A DNA stretch of 39,865 bases. Origin: Candidatus Rokuibacteriota bacterium. Lineage in GTDB: Bacteria > Methylomirabilota > Methylomirabilia > Rokubacteriales > CSP1-6. The DNA lies in NCBI GenBank assembly GCA_040902295.1, contig JBBDXO010000294.1:3232-43096 (forward strand). The letters run 5' to 3'. Under the pieces are notes generated by a model. It saw only the letters and a list, made by a program, of their open reading frames with translations, ran no database searches and had not been told where the DNA came from. The number at the start of each line of letters is the position of its first letter. The first letter of the stretch is position 1. Shown here piece by piece: positions 8,848-18,226 of this stretch. Both the position numbers and the translations under genes were made by a program.

Positions 8848-9249
8848 ATGAAGAAGAAACGGACCACAAAACGTCCGACCAAACGAGCCGAGAGCCCGCA
8901 GGACACCACGGAAGCCTCCGCGCGGCGCGGCGTGCCGGAGGAGGATCTGCAGGAGCCTGTCGGGGACGCGGTCGTCATGCCGAGCGACGCCGAGCGCCGG
9001 GCGGAGGAGGAGGCGGGCCGCTACCGATCGCGCATCAAACTGGCGGGCGGTGATCTCGACGCGGACTGGCGGCGCGCCGATCACGTCGGCGAGGAAGCCG
9101 TGGGCGGCAGCGTGGCCACGCCCGACCAGGACATCGTCGACAATCTCGGTGAGGCCCTGGGCGTGCCGCGGGCGCCCGACGAGGAAGTGCGGACGTCGCA
9201 GGAGATCCTCGAGGAGCGGGACCGCAACCGCTGGGAGCTGGAGGGGTGA
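8848..9249 (+). CDS. DUF6335 family protein
   Basis: LAGGDLDADW..A..VGEEAVGGSVATPDQDIVDNLGEALGV...ERDRNRWEL. Confidence 0.8.
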   Translation: MKKKRTTKRPTKRAESPQDTTEASARRGVPEEDLQEPVGDAVVMPSDAERRAEEEAGRYRSRIKLAGGDLDADWRRADHVGEEAVGGSVATPDQDIVDNLGEALGVPRAPDEEVRTSQEILEERDRNRWELEG

Positions 9250-9932
9250 GCCGGCGCGCCACCCTGCAGCCGCCGGTGACGACGATGCGCGAGGCCGAGC
9301 GGTGGGGCTCGGCCATGAGCGGCGGCGCCCTGCTCGTCTACGGGCTGAGGCGCCGGTCGCTCGGCGGCGCCCTGCTCTCGGTCGTCGGCGGCGGCCTGGT
9401 GTACCGGGCCACGCTCGGCCGCGGGCCCTCGCTCACGCGCGTGGCCGGCCCCCTCGTCGACCGCTGTATCACGATCAACCGGCCCGTCGAGGACATCTAC
9501 CGCTTCTGGCGTAACTTCGAGAACCTGCCGCGATTCATGCGCCACCTGCTCTCCGTCACCGTCTTCGACGCGTGCCGCTCGCACTGGGTCGCCCGCGCGC
9601 CCGCGGGCCGGACGGTGGAGTGGGACGCCGAGATCGTGGAGGAGGTGGTGAACGAGCGCATCGCGTGGCGCGCCGTGGGAGATGCGGACGTGCAGCACAC
9701 GGGGACCGTCACCTTCTCGCCCGTTCCCGGTGACCGCGGCACGGAGGTGCGCGTGATGCTGCATTACGCGCCGCCCGTGGGCCGCCTGGGCGCCGCCCTC
9801 GCGAAGGTCTTCGGCCAGGAGCCCGCGCTGCAGGTCGCGCATGATCTGAAGACCTTCAAGCAGGTGATGGAGGCCGGGGAAACGCCGAGCGTGGCGGGCC
9901 AGCCGCGCGGCGCACGGCGGAGCGGCCGTTGA
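9246..9932 (+). CDS. SRPBCC family (cyclase/dehydrase) protein with N-terminal hydrophobic hairpin
   Basis: [27 protein letters not shown]...[19 protein letters not shown]...[13 protein letters not shown]. Confidence 0.9.
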   Translation: MSRRATLQPPVTTMREAERWGSAMSGGALLVYGLRRRSLGGALLSVVGGGLVYRATLGRGPSLTRVAGPLVDRCITINRPVEDIYRFWRNFENLPRFMRHLLSVTVFDACRSHWVARAPAGRTVEWDAEIVEEVVNERIAWRAVGDADVQHTGTVTFSPVPGDRGTEVRVMLHYAPPVGRLGAALAKVFGQEPALQVAHDLKTFKQVMEAGETPSVAGQPRGARRSGR

Positions 9933-11098
9933 AGGCCGTCTGCTGGTACGGCACGGGTGACGTGCGCGTGGAGACGGTGCCGGACCCCGCCCTCATCAAC
10001 CCGCGCGATGCCATCGTGAAGGTGACGTCCACGGCGATCTGCGGCTCGGACCTGCATCTGTACGGGGGCTTCATCCCGATGATGAAGGCCGGCGACATCC
10101 TGGGCCACGAGTTCATGGGCGACGTCATCGAGGTGGGGCCGGAGTGTCACACGCTGCGGGTGGGTGACCGCGTCGTGGTGCCGTTCGCCATCGCGTGCGG
10201 GCGCTGCTTCTTCTGCACGCGCGACCTGTGGTCGCTCTGCGACAACTCCAATCCGAACGCCGAGATGCTGGAGAAGGTGTATGGGTTCTCCGGCGCCGGC
10301 CTCTTCGGGTACTCGCACCTGTACGGCGGTTACGCGGGCGGGCAGGCGGAGTACGTGCGCGTGCCCTTCGCCGACGTGGGGCCGATGAAGGTGCCCGACA
10401 GCCTCACCGACGACCAGGCCCTCTTCCTCTCCGACATCCTGCCCACCGGCTACATGGCGGCCGAGGTGTGCCGCATCCAGCCCGGCGACGTGGTGGCGGT
10501 GTGGGGCTGCGGCCCGGTGGGGCAGTTCGCGATCAAGAGCGCGTTCATGCTCGGCGCCGAGCGCGTGATCGCCATCGACCGCTTTCCCGAGCGGCTCGCG
10601 CTCGCCGCGAGCTACGGCGGGGCGGAGGCCATGAACTACGAGGACGTCGACGTCTTCGAGGAGCTGAAGGAGCGGACGGGCGGCCGTGGGCCGGACGCCT
10701 GCATCGATGCCGTGGGCACGGAGGCGCACGGCACCTCGGTGGATGCGCTCTACGACCGGGCGAAGCAGGCCATGATGCTGGAGACGGACCGCCCGCACGT
10801 GCTCCGCCAGGCCATCAACGCCTGCCGCAAGGGCGGCACCGTGTCGATCCCCGGCGTCTACGGCGGCGTTCTCGACAAGGTGCCCTTCGGGGCGGCCTTC
10901 GCCAAGGGCTTGACGCTCAAGATGGGCCAGACGCACGTGCACCGCTACATGCGGCCGCTGCTCGCTCGCATCCTGCAGGACGCGATCGATCCCACGGCCA
11001 TCATTTCCCACCGGATGCGGCTGGAGGAGGCACCCGGCGCGTACCGGATGTGGAGAGACAAGCAGGACGGCTGCACCAAGATCGTCCTGCAACCCTGA
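9929..11098 (+). CDS. Zinc-dependent alcohol/formaldehyde dehydrogenase (MDR, YbdR-like)
   Basis: [36 protein letters not shown]; TTG start overlaps the upstream stop. Confidence 0.95.
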   Translation: MKAVCWYGTGDVRVETVPDPALINPRDAIVKVTSTAICGSDLHLYGGFIPMMKAGDILGHEFMGDVIEVGPECHTLRVGDRVVVPFAIACGRCFFCTRDLWSLCDNSNPNAEMLEKVYGFSGAGLFGYSHLYGGYAGGQAEYVRVPFADVGPMKVPDSLTDDQALFLSDILPTGYMAAEVCRIQPGDVVAVWGCGPVGQFAIKSAFMLGAERVIAIDRFPERLALAASYGGAEAMNYEDVDVFEELKERTGGRGPDACIDAVGTEAHGTSVDALYDRAKQAMMLETDRPHVLRQAINACRKGGTVSIPGVYGGVLDKVPFGAAFAKGLTLKMGQTHVHRYMRPLLARILQDAIDPTAIISHRMRLEEAPGAYRMWRDKQDGCTKIVLQP

Positions 11099-11107
11099 GG
11101 AGGCGTA

Positions 11108-12052
11108 ATGAACACTGCTCTCATTCTCATCGGCGGCACCGGTCTCGGAGCCGGACTCATGTACCTCATGGATCCCGACAAGGGCGCGCGACGGCGCACC
11201 CGTCTGGGTGGCTCGATGTCGACGGCGGCGGAGGCCCTGCAGGCGACGTCGCGCGACGTCGCCGACCGCGGCCTCGCCCTTGCCGGGGACCTGCGTGACG
11301 CCGACGTCATCGGGCGCGCGCGCGCCCTGGCGGGTGAGCTGCGCGGGGCGGACATGGCGGGCCGCGCCCGCGCGCTCGGCAGCATGGCGCCCGTGCGGCG
11401 GCTCGGCGCCGAGCTGAGCGAGGTCGTGCGTGATCCTCGCTCCTTCCGGCCTCGCCTCCAGGGCGGCCGGCTCACCCTGCGCAAGCGCTCGGGCATGGCC
11501 GGGTTCGTCGCCGGCTACGGCTGGGTGCTCGCGGGCGTGGTGGCGGGGGTGGCGGCGGTGGCGTGGACGGCGCGGCGAGGCGCGGGCCGCATCGAGGTCC
11601 GGCACTCCATCGACATCGACGCTCCGGTGGAGCGCGTCTTCGAGTTCTGGTCGCGCTTCGAGAACCTGCCGCAGTTCATGTCCCACGTGCGCGAGGTGCG
11701 CTCGCTGGGGGCCGGCCGGACGCACTGGGTGGTGAGCGGCCCCGCGGGCACCCCGGTGGAGTGGGAGGCGGTGACGACGCGCTTGCAGGCCAACCGCATG
11801 ATCGCCTGGCGCACCGTCGAGGGCGCGCTCGTCGAGCATCGGGGCTCGGTCCGCTTCAGCCGTCACGGCCACCGCACCCGGCTGCACGTCACCATGTCGT
11901 ACCGCCCGCTGGGCGGCGCGCTCGGCCACGGCGTGGCGGCGCTCTTCGGTGCCGATCCCAAGAGCGTGCTGGTCGACGATCTCGCACGGTTCAGGGCGCT
12001 GATGGAAACGCCGCGGCCGGAGGCCGTCGGCGAGGGGCGACCGCGCCGGTGA
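11108..12052 (+). CDS. SRPBCC family protein with YtxH-like N-terminus and internal 16-aa repeats
   Basis: GLGAGLMYLMDPDKGARRR N-terminus; FWSRFENLPQFMSHVREV SRPBCC domain; SD GAGGAGG. Confidence 0.85.
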   Translation: MNTALILIGGTGLGAGLMYLMDPDKGARRRTRLGGSMSTAAEALQATSRDVADRGLALAGDLRDADVIGRARALAGELRGADMAGRARALGSMAPVRRLGAELSEVVRDPRSFRPRLQGGRLTLRKRSGMAGFVAGYGWVLAGVVAGVAAVAWTARRGAGRIEVRHSIDIDAPVERVFEFWSRFENLPQFMSHVREVRSLGAGRTHWVVSGPAGTPVEWEAVTTRLQANRMIAWRTVEGALVEHRGSVRFSRHGHRTRLHVTMSYRPLGGALGHGVAALFGADPKSVLVDDLARFRALMETPRPEAVGEGRPRR

Positions 12053-12870
12053 TGGACGTCATCCGCGTCGCCGCCGTCGGAGATCTGCACTGCACGAGGA
12101 CGACCGCGCCCGAGCCCCTCCGGGGCCTGTTCACCCAGGTCTCGGAGAGTGCGGACGTCCTGGTGCTGTGCGGGGACCTCACCGACTACGGCTTGCCCGA
12201 GGAGGCCCGCCTCCTCGCGCGCGAGCTGGCGGCGGCGCGGGTGCCCATCGTGGCGGTCTTCGGCAACCACGATTACGAGTCGGACAACGCCGAGGAGGTC
12301 GGCAAGATCCTCACGGACGCCGGCGTGACCATCCTCGACGGCGACGGGGTGGAGGTGAAGGGCGTCGGCTTCGCCGGCTGCAAGGGCTTCGCGGGAGGCT
12401 TCGGCGAGCGGGCGCTCCAGGCGTGGGGCGAGCCCACGATCAAGGCGTTCGTGCGGGCGGCCGTGGACGAGGCGCTGAAGCTCGAGCGCGCGCTGGCGCG
12501 GCTGCGCACCCCGCGGCGGGTGGCCGTGCTGCACTACGCGCCCATCGCGGCCACGGTGGCGGGCGAGTTCCCGGAGATCGCCCCCTTCCTCGGCTCCAGC
12601 CGGCTCGAGGAGCCGATCAACCGCTACAACGTGTCGGCCGTCGTGCACGGGCACGCGCACCGCGGGCAGCCGGAAGGGGTCACGAGCACGGGCGTGCCCG
12701 TGTACAACGTGGCGCTGCCGCTCCTGCGGCGGCGCTACCCCGATCGGCCGCCCTTCCGGATCATCGAGATTCCCGTGGAGCGGGCGGCCCAGGGTGAGCG
12801 CGCGGGGGGCAACGGCGCGGCGGCCGCGTACGGGACGGCCAACGGCCCGCCCGTTGCAAAGATTTCCTGA
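12052..12870 (+). CDS. Metallophosphoesterase (calcineurin-like)
   Basis: GDLH, GDLT, GNHDYE, LHYAP and HGHAH motifs. Confidence 0.9.
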   Translation: MDVIRVAAVGDLHCTRTTAPEPLRGLFTQVSESADVLVLCGDLTDYGLPEEARLLARELAAARVPIVAVFGNHDYESDNAEEVGKILTDAGVTILDGDGVEVKGVGFAGCKGFAGGFGERALQAWGEPTIKAFVRAAVDEALKLERALARLRTPRRVAVLHYAPIAATVAGEFPEIAPFLGSSRLEEPINRYNVSAVVHGHAHRGQPEGVTSTGVPVYNVALPLLRRRYPDRPPFRIIEIPVERAAQGERAGGNGAAAAYGTANGPPVAKIS

Positions 12871-12871
12871 C

Positions 12872-13705
12872 ATGGGCAACGAGCTCGATCCTGCCGCCCG
12901 CGCCTTCTATCAGCGCGCCATGTGGCTGCTCAACGAAGCGGAGCTGCCGTTCCTCGTGGGCGGCGCGTATGCCTTCGAGCGGTACACGGGCATCGCGCGG
13001 CACACGAAGGACTTCGACATCTTCGTGCACCCGCGCGATGTCGACCGCGTGCTCGACGCGCTGGCGGCGGCCGGCTGCGAGACGGACGTGCCCTTCCCCC
13101 ACTGGCTGGGCAAGGCGCACCGGGGCGGCGAGTTCATCGACGTCATCTTCAGCTCCGGCAACGGGGTGGCCGCCGTCGACGACGAGTGGTTCCGGCACGC
13201 GGTCGCCGACGAGGTCCTCGGCATGCCGGCGGGGCTCATCCCCGCCGAGGAGATGATCTGGTCGAAGGCCTTCATCATGGAGCGCGAGCGCTACGACGGC
13301 GCCGACATCGCGCACATCATCCGCGCCTCCGCCGACACGCTGGACTGGGACCGGCTGGTGGGCCGGTTCGACGGGTACTGGCGCGTGCTCCTCGCGCACC
13401 TCGTGATGTTCGGGTTCATCTACCCGTGCGACCGTCACCGTGTCCCGGCCGCCGTCATGCGCGGGCTGATGGAGCGCCTCGACCGTGAGCTGACGGTGTC
13501 GGGCCCGGAGCGGCTGTGCCAGGGCACCCTCATCTCGCGCGCGCAGTATCTCGTCGACGTCGACCGGTGGGGCTACGAGGATCCGCGCCTGGCGCCGCGG
13601 GGCAACATGACGGAGCGCGAGCGGCAGATCTGGACCGCCGGCATCGCCGACGACGGACCGCCGGAGGCGATCGAGAGCGAGGCGGCCGCGGACAAGGCCG
13701 CCTGA
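12872..13705 (+). CDS. Nucleotidyltransferase family protein
   Basis: FLVGGAYAF..YTGI.RHTKDFDIF (GG...DxD), IDVIFSSGNG, ERERYDGAD. Confidence 0.85.
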   Translation: MGNELDPAARAFYQRAMWLLNEAELPFLVGGAYAFERYTGIARHTKDFDIFVHPRDVDRVLDALAAAGCETDVPFPHWLGKAHRGGEFIDVIFSSGNGVAAVDDEWFRHAVADEVLGMPAGLIPAEEMIWSKAFIMERERYDGADIAHIIRASADTLDWDRLVGRFDGYWRVLLAHLVMFGFIYPCDRHRVPAAVMRGLMERLDRELTVSGPERLCQGTLISRAQYLVDVDRWGYEDPRLAPRGNMTERERQIWTAGIADDGPPEAIESEAAADKAA

Positions 13706-13737
13706 GCAGGGGTACACTCGCCGCGGGAGGTCCACCC

Positions 13738-14130
13738 ATGGCGAACATCGAGAAGTATTCCGCGCCGTCCGTCTTCGAGCCGGCCGCCTACAGCCAGGCC
13801 ATCAAGGTCACCGGCGCCCAGACCATCCTCTTTCTCTCCGGCCAGGTCGCCTACGACAAGGACGGCGGCGTGCTGCACCGGGGCGACTTCAAGGGCCAGG
13901 CCCGCGAGGTGTTCCGCTCCATCAAGGCGCTCGTGGAGGCGGGCGGCGGGCGCGTGGAGTCGATCGTGAAGATCACCACGTACCTCACGGACGTCCGCTA
14001 CCGGCCGGACCTCGTCGGCATTCGAGAAGAGTTCTTCGGCAAGAAGGGCCCCGCCTCCACCCTCATCCAGGTGGCGGCGCTCGCGCACCCGGACTATCTC
14101 ATCGAGATCGAGGCGATCGCGGTGGTGTGA
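13738..14130 (+). CDS. RidA/YjgF family protein
   Basis: YSQAIKV...LFLSGQV...PASTLIQVAALAHPDYLIEIEAIA; SD GGAGG. Confidence 0.93.
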   Translation: MANIEKYSAPSVFEPAAYSQAIKVTGAQTILFLSGQVAYDKDGGVLHRGDFKGQAREVFRSIKALVEAGGGRVESIVKITTYLTDVRYRPDLVGIREEFFGKKGPASTLIQVAALAHPDYLIEIEAIAVV

Positions 14131-15160
14131 ACAGCGGCGTGAGGTCGGCGCGGCTGCTCGAGTCGTTGAGGGGCGCCCAGAGATCGCCCAGCGCCCGCAC
14201 GCGCGCGGGCACGTTGTCGATGCGAAAGTCCTCGATGGCGATCCCGCGCGCGATCTCCGCCCACGTCACGGGTGTCGACACGCTGGCGCGCGGGCGCGGC
14301 CGCACCGAGTACACGGAGGCCAGCGTGCGGCCCCATGCGTTCTGGTTGTAGTCCACCAGCACCCGGCCCGGCGGCCGCGCCTGCCGCTTGTAGACGGCCG
14401 TCATCAGGGTGGGGTGGCGCCGGGCGAGGTCGTGGGCGATGGCCTTCGAGACTTCCCACACCTGCTTCTGCGTGGGGCCGCGCACGATGGGCACGTACAC
14501 GTGTACGCCCTTGGAGCCGCTCGTCTTCACGAAGGTGGGCAGCCGCAGCCGCTCCAGCGTCTCGTTCACGAGCTGCGCGGTCTCGAGCACCTGCGTGAAG
14601 GGCACGCCCTCCCCGGGGTCGAGGTCGAAGTGCAGGTAGTCGGGGCGGTCGACGTCGTCACACCGGGCGTACCACTGGTTGAGGTCGATGCACCCGAGGT
14701 TGACGACCCACAGCAGGGCGGCGACGTCGTTGATGATGGGAAAGTCGATCACGTTGCCGGAGGCGTGCGTGATGGCGCAGGTCTCGATCCACTCGGGCCG
14801 CCCCTGGGGCGCGCGCTTCATGAAGAAGAACTCGCCGTCGGCCCCGTTGGGATACCGCTTCATCACCATCGCCCGCTCGCGCACGTGGGGCAGCAGCGCG
14901 GGCGCCACGTCGGCGTAGTACCGGAGCAGGTCGCCCTTCGTGATGCCGGCCTGCCGCCAGAACACTTTGCCGAGGTTCGTGAGCTTCACCTTCCGTCCCT
15001 CGACGTCGAGCACGGCGTCGCCGGCCTCTCGCGGGATCGAGACCGAGCTCACCGCGCTCGCCGGCTTCGGCGCCGACCGCCGGGCGGGATGGACGTCACG
15101 GCTCGGGCGGGCGGCCCGCGCGGGTGGCGCCGTCTTCCTCTTCCGCGCCGGCGCGGGCAT
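14099..15160 (-). CDS. ligD: LigD polymerase/primase domain protein (stand-alone AEP)
   Basis: LTNLGKVFW..TKGDLLRYY, KRYPNG..FFMK, PDYLHFDLDP, KTSGSKGVHVYVP, VDYNQN..GRTLASVYSVRP. No ligase domain. Confidence 0.9.
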   Translation of the reverse strand: MPAPARKRKTAPPARAARPSRDVHPARRSAPKPASAVSSVSIPREAGDAVLDVEGRKVKLTNLGKVFWRQAGITKGDLLRYYADVAPALLPHVRERAMVMKRYPNGADGEFFFMKRAPQGRPEWIETCAITHASGNVIDFPIINDVAALLWVVNLGCIDLNQWYARCDDVDRPDYLHFDLDPGEGVPFTQVLETAQLVNETLERLRLPTFVKTSGSKGVHVYVPIVRGPTQKQVWEVSKAIAHDLARRHPTLMTAVYKRQARPPGRVLVDYNQNAWGRTLASVYSVRPRPRASVSTPVTWAEIARGIAIEDFRIDNVPARVRALGDLWAPLNDSSSRADLTPLFTPPRSPRSR

Positions 15161-15766
15161 CAGCGCTGTCTCGTCAGGCGCGGCGGTCGCGCGCCGTGGC
15201 GGGTGGCGCCGAGCACGGACACGTAGTCGAGCGGGCGGCCCTCGCGCACGCAGCGGAGCAGCAGCCCGCCGCGGCTCATGTCGCCGCGGCCCACGAAGGC
15301 GGCGGGAAAGAGCAGCCGCTCGCCGAAGACGGGGCCGAGGATCGACACGTACTTGTCGGAGGCGATGCTGCCGAGGAGGACGATGCGCGCGGCGGGCCCG
15401 AGCGCCGCCCCCAGCTCCGTGGCGCTCGCCTCCAGCGCGCGGCGGTACACCGGGTTGGCGAGGCTGATGTCCACGCGCGCCGCCGCCCGGAGGTCCTCGC
15501 CGGTGACGGGCGTCGCTGCCGGCCGCAGGCCTGCGTGCGGGGTGATCACGAGCACGCCGGCCTCGTCGCCGGCGAAGGCGCGCGCGTAGGCGAGCTTGCC
15601 GCGGAAATAGAGGCCGCTCACAAAGGAGAAGACGTCGCCGAGGGGAGCGCCCTCGGGTGCCCGGAGCTGCCGGGCGAGGGGAAATCCTGCGCGCGCCGAC
15701 AGCATCATGCGGGCCCGCTCGCCCCCGCAGTGCGCGGGAGAGAGCAGGAAGACCCGCGGGGGGTCA
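15160..15766 (-). CDS. Conserved hypothetical protein (start unresolved)
   Basis: RVFLLSPAHCGGERA...LGDVFSFVSGLYFRGKLAYARAF...VLLGSIASDKY...FVGRGDMSRGGLLLR; stop overlaps the ligD start. No canonical start immediately before RVFLLSPA. Confidence 0.7.
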
Positions 15767-15892
15767 GGGGTCGCTGCAGTCCCGGCAGAACCCGCAGTTC
15801 GGGCAGATGATCTTGCAGTGGTGTTCGACCATGCGCTCGCCGCAGCGCTCGCACGTGTGGACCCAGTGCGGGGTGGGCGACGGGCCGTCCAT
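15764..15892 (-). CDS. Small CPxCG-type zinc-finger protein, 42 aa (resembles HVO_2523 family)
   Basis: Hand translation: MDGPSPTPHWVHTCERCGERMVEHHCKIICPNCGFCRDCSDP*; GAAGG upstream; below the ORF-track length cutoff. Confidence 0.8.
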   Translation of the reverse strand: MDGPSPTPHWVHTCERCGERMVEHHCKIICPNCGFCRDCSDP

Positions 15893-15963
15893 GCCGTACC
15901 TTCACCCGGCGTCACGCGTGATGTCAACGATTCCGTGCGGGGCTTTCGCATTACACTGAGCCC

Positions 15964-16461
15964 ATGGGCGAGGAGTGGTCGGATCCCGAATTCCTCAAGA
16001 GCGTGTTCGACGACACGCGTGTCGTGCGCAAGCCCTTACGCGGCATCATCACGGGCTACCACGTGCTGCCGTACATCCTGGTGGGGCCCGAGCACGATCA
16101 TCCCGCGCGCTCGGTGGAGGTGCGCGGCCGCATCAAGGTGTCGCCGCGGCTCGTGATCGCGGCCGGCAACGACGGCACGACGTACGGGGAGGCGTTCGGA
16201 GAGACGGAGCTGATGGACCGGCGGCTCGTCGCGCGCGTGTTCAGCTTCCGCTACGCCTCCCGCGTGGCCGTGGAGAGCGAGGACCTCAAGATCCGCCGCC
16301 AGGAGCGCGACGCGCACGGTCATCTGGACCGCGTCCTCGAGGAGCTGGCCCAGCGCGAGATCATCGACACCGGCGTCATCGTCTCCCCGGACGCGCGCTT
16401 CTATCCCGTGTCGCTCGACCGGTTCATTCGCGAGATTCTCGACCAGGAGTTCCGAGAGTAG
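15964..16461 (+). CDS. Conserved hypothetical protein
   Basis: Protein-like 165-aa ORF with strong GC3 bias; -10 TACACT lies 6 nt before the ATG. Confidence 0.8.
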   Translation: MGEEWSDPEFLKSVFDDTRVVRKPLRGIITGYHVLPYILVGPEHDHPARSVEVRGRIKVSPRLVIAAGNDGTTYGEAFGETELMDRRLVARVFSFRYASRVAVESEDLKIRRQERDAHGHLDRVLEELAQREIIDTGVIVSPDARFYPVSLDRFIREILDQEFRE

Positions 16462-16816
16462 TCAGCAGGCGCGCGAGGTCGGCCGGGTCCACCGGCTTCA
16501 CGAGGTGCGCGTCGAAGCCCGCCGCCTCCGCGTCGCGGCGGTCTTCCGGCTGGCTGTAGCCGGTGAGGGCGACCAGGATCGGCCGCGGGCCTCCGGCGGC
16601 GACCAGGCGCCGCGCCACCTCGTAGCCGTCGAGTCCGGGCAGCCCGATGTCGATGAGGGCGATGTCGGGGTGCCGGGTGCGGGCGATGTCCAGCGCCGCC
16701 AGGCCTTCCGCCGCCGTCACCACGGCGTAGCCCTCGAGCTCCAGCAGGACCTGCAGCGCCTCGCGCGCGTCCGCGTGGTCCTCGACGAGCAGAATCGTCT
16801 GGCCTGGCATCGACAC
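16424..16816 (-). CDS. Single-domain response regulator
   Basis: ILLVEDH, LIDIGLPGLDGYEVA, ALTGY, HLVKPVD. Confidence 0.92.
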   Translation of the reverse strand: MSMPGQTILLVEDHADAREALQVLLELEGYAVVTAAEGLAALDIARTRHPDIALIDIGLPGLDGYEVARRLVAAGGPRPILVALTGYSQPEDRRDAEAAGFDAHLVKPVDPADLARLLTTLGTPGRESRE

Positions 16817-16915
16817 TCCTCTGGGGCGCTGGCGATTACGGCACTGGGTCTGGGGACGCCGTACGGGTCCACGATACCATCGGGGGCGACGGTCCGCTCG
16901 GCCGCGCGGGTCGCC

Positions 16916-16945
16916 TTGACACGCCGAATGTGCCGATGCTATGAG
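16916..16945 (+). promoter_or_regulatory. Sigma70-type promoter of the liv operon
   Basis: TTGACA-N18-TATGAG with extended TG; SD AGGAGG before ATG 16978. Confidence 0.55.
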
Positions 16946-16977
16946 TCAAGCGCGTTTACCCACCAGGAGGAACTCCG

Positions 16978-18153
16978 ATGACACTCAAGGCGCTCGGATC
17001 GTCATTCGTCGCCCTCACCGTGCTGTTCTCCAGTCTGCCCGCCACCGCGCAGGGCCCCATCCGGATCGGCGCCTCGCTCTCCCAGACGGGCACCTACGCC
17101 AAGCTCGGCAACTACCAGCGTGAGGGCTACCAGCTGTGCATCAAGGAGCTGAACGCCAAGGGCGGCCTCCTCGGGCGCAAGGTCGACCTCGTGGTCTACG
17201 ACGACCAGTCGACCCCCGCCACCGGCGTGCGCCTGTACGAGAAGCTGATCTCCGAGGACAAGGTGGATGCCGTGATGGGCCCGTACTCGTCCGCCATCAC
17301 GGAAGCGTCCGTCAACGTGACGGAGAAGTACCAGAAGGTGATGGTGGCGCCGCTCGCCGCCACCACGTCCATCTTCAAGAAGGGCCGCAAGTTCATCTTC
17401 ATGGTCATCTCGCCCGCGGAGGTCTATCTGGAGGGCCTCGTCGACATCGCGGCCAAGCGCGGGCTGAAGACGATCGCCATCGTGAACGAGGACACGCTCT
17501 TTCCGAAGACCTCCGCCAGCGGCACCGCGGAGATCGCGAAGAAGAAGGGGATGCAGGTGGTCTTCCAGGAGGCGTATCCCAAGGGCAACCAGGACTTCTC
17601 GGCCATGCTGACGAAGATCAAGGCGGCCAACCCGGACGTGCTCGCGGCCGCCACCTACTTCGACGACGCGGTGGCCATCACGCGCCAGATGAAGGAGCTC
17701 GACGTCAATCCCAGGATGTTCGGGGTGACCGTCGGCGGCGACCTGCCCGAGTTCCACAACCTGCTCAAGCAGAACGCCGACTACGTGTACGGCGCCACGC
17801 AGTGGGACGACCAGCTGCCGTATCCCGGACAGAAGGAGTTCGTGGCCGCCTACACCAAGGAGTTCGGGCACGAGCCCGTGTACCATTCGGCGGCGGGCTA
17901 TGCGGGCTGCATGATCTACGCGGAAGCCGTCAAGCGCGCCGGCACGCTGGAGGCCGGCAAGGTGCGCGACGCGCTGCTGAAGCTGGAGACGAAGACCGCC
18001 TTCGGTGATTACAAGGTGGACGAGACGGGCTTCCAGACCGCGCACAAGATGGTCCTGCTCCAGTGGCAGGACGGCAAGAAAGTCACCGTGTGGCCGGACG
18101 AGCTCGCGGGCGGTAAGCCGCGGTTCCCCACGCCGCCCTGGAACGCACGGTAA
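16978..18153 (+). CDS. livK: Branched-chain amino acid-type ABC transporter substrate-binding protein
   Basis: Signal peptide, IRIGASLSQTG, NAKGGLLGRKV, YDDQS, GPYSS. Actual ligand unknown. Confidence 0.9.
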   Translation: MTLKALGSSFVALTVLFSSLPATAQGPIRIGASLSQTGTYAKLGNYQREGYQLCIKELNAKGGLLGRKVDLVVYDDQSTPATGVRLYEKLISEDKVDAVMGPYSSAITEASVNVTEKYQKVMVAPLAATTSIFKKGRKFIFMVISPAEVYLEGLVDIAAKRGLKTIAIVNEDTLFPKTSASGTAEIAKKKGMQVVFQEAYPKGNQDFSAMLTKIKAANPDVLAAATYFDDAVAITRQMKELDVNPRMFGVTVGGDLPEFHNLLKQNADYVYGATQWDDQLPYPGQKEFVAAYTKEFGHEPVYHSAAGYAGCMIYAEAVKRAGTLEAGKVRDALLKLETKTAFGDYKVDETGFQTAHKMVLLQWQDGKKVTVWPDELAGGKPRFPTPPWNAR

Positions 18154-18165
18154 ATCGTCCGCTCC

Positions 18166-18207
18166 GCCGGTCGACAGGAACGGGGCCGCCCCCGTCCTGG
18201 CGCCGGC
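18166..18207 (+). terminator. GC-rich stem-loop after the substrate-binding gene (mRNA stabiliser or attenuator)
   Basis: GCCGG..CAGG.ACGGGG-CCGC-CCCCGT.CCTG..CCGGC inverted repeat; no U tract. Confidence 0.5.
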
Positions 18208-18226
18208 CGCTGACCCTGCCCGACCC

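Noticed and set aside
15764-15766. Selenocysteine readthrough of the zinc-finger TGA
   Set aside because: In-frame readthrough gives low-complexity Arg/Pro-rich sequence, and the TGA is not at a Cys-motif position.
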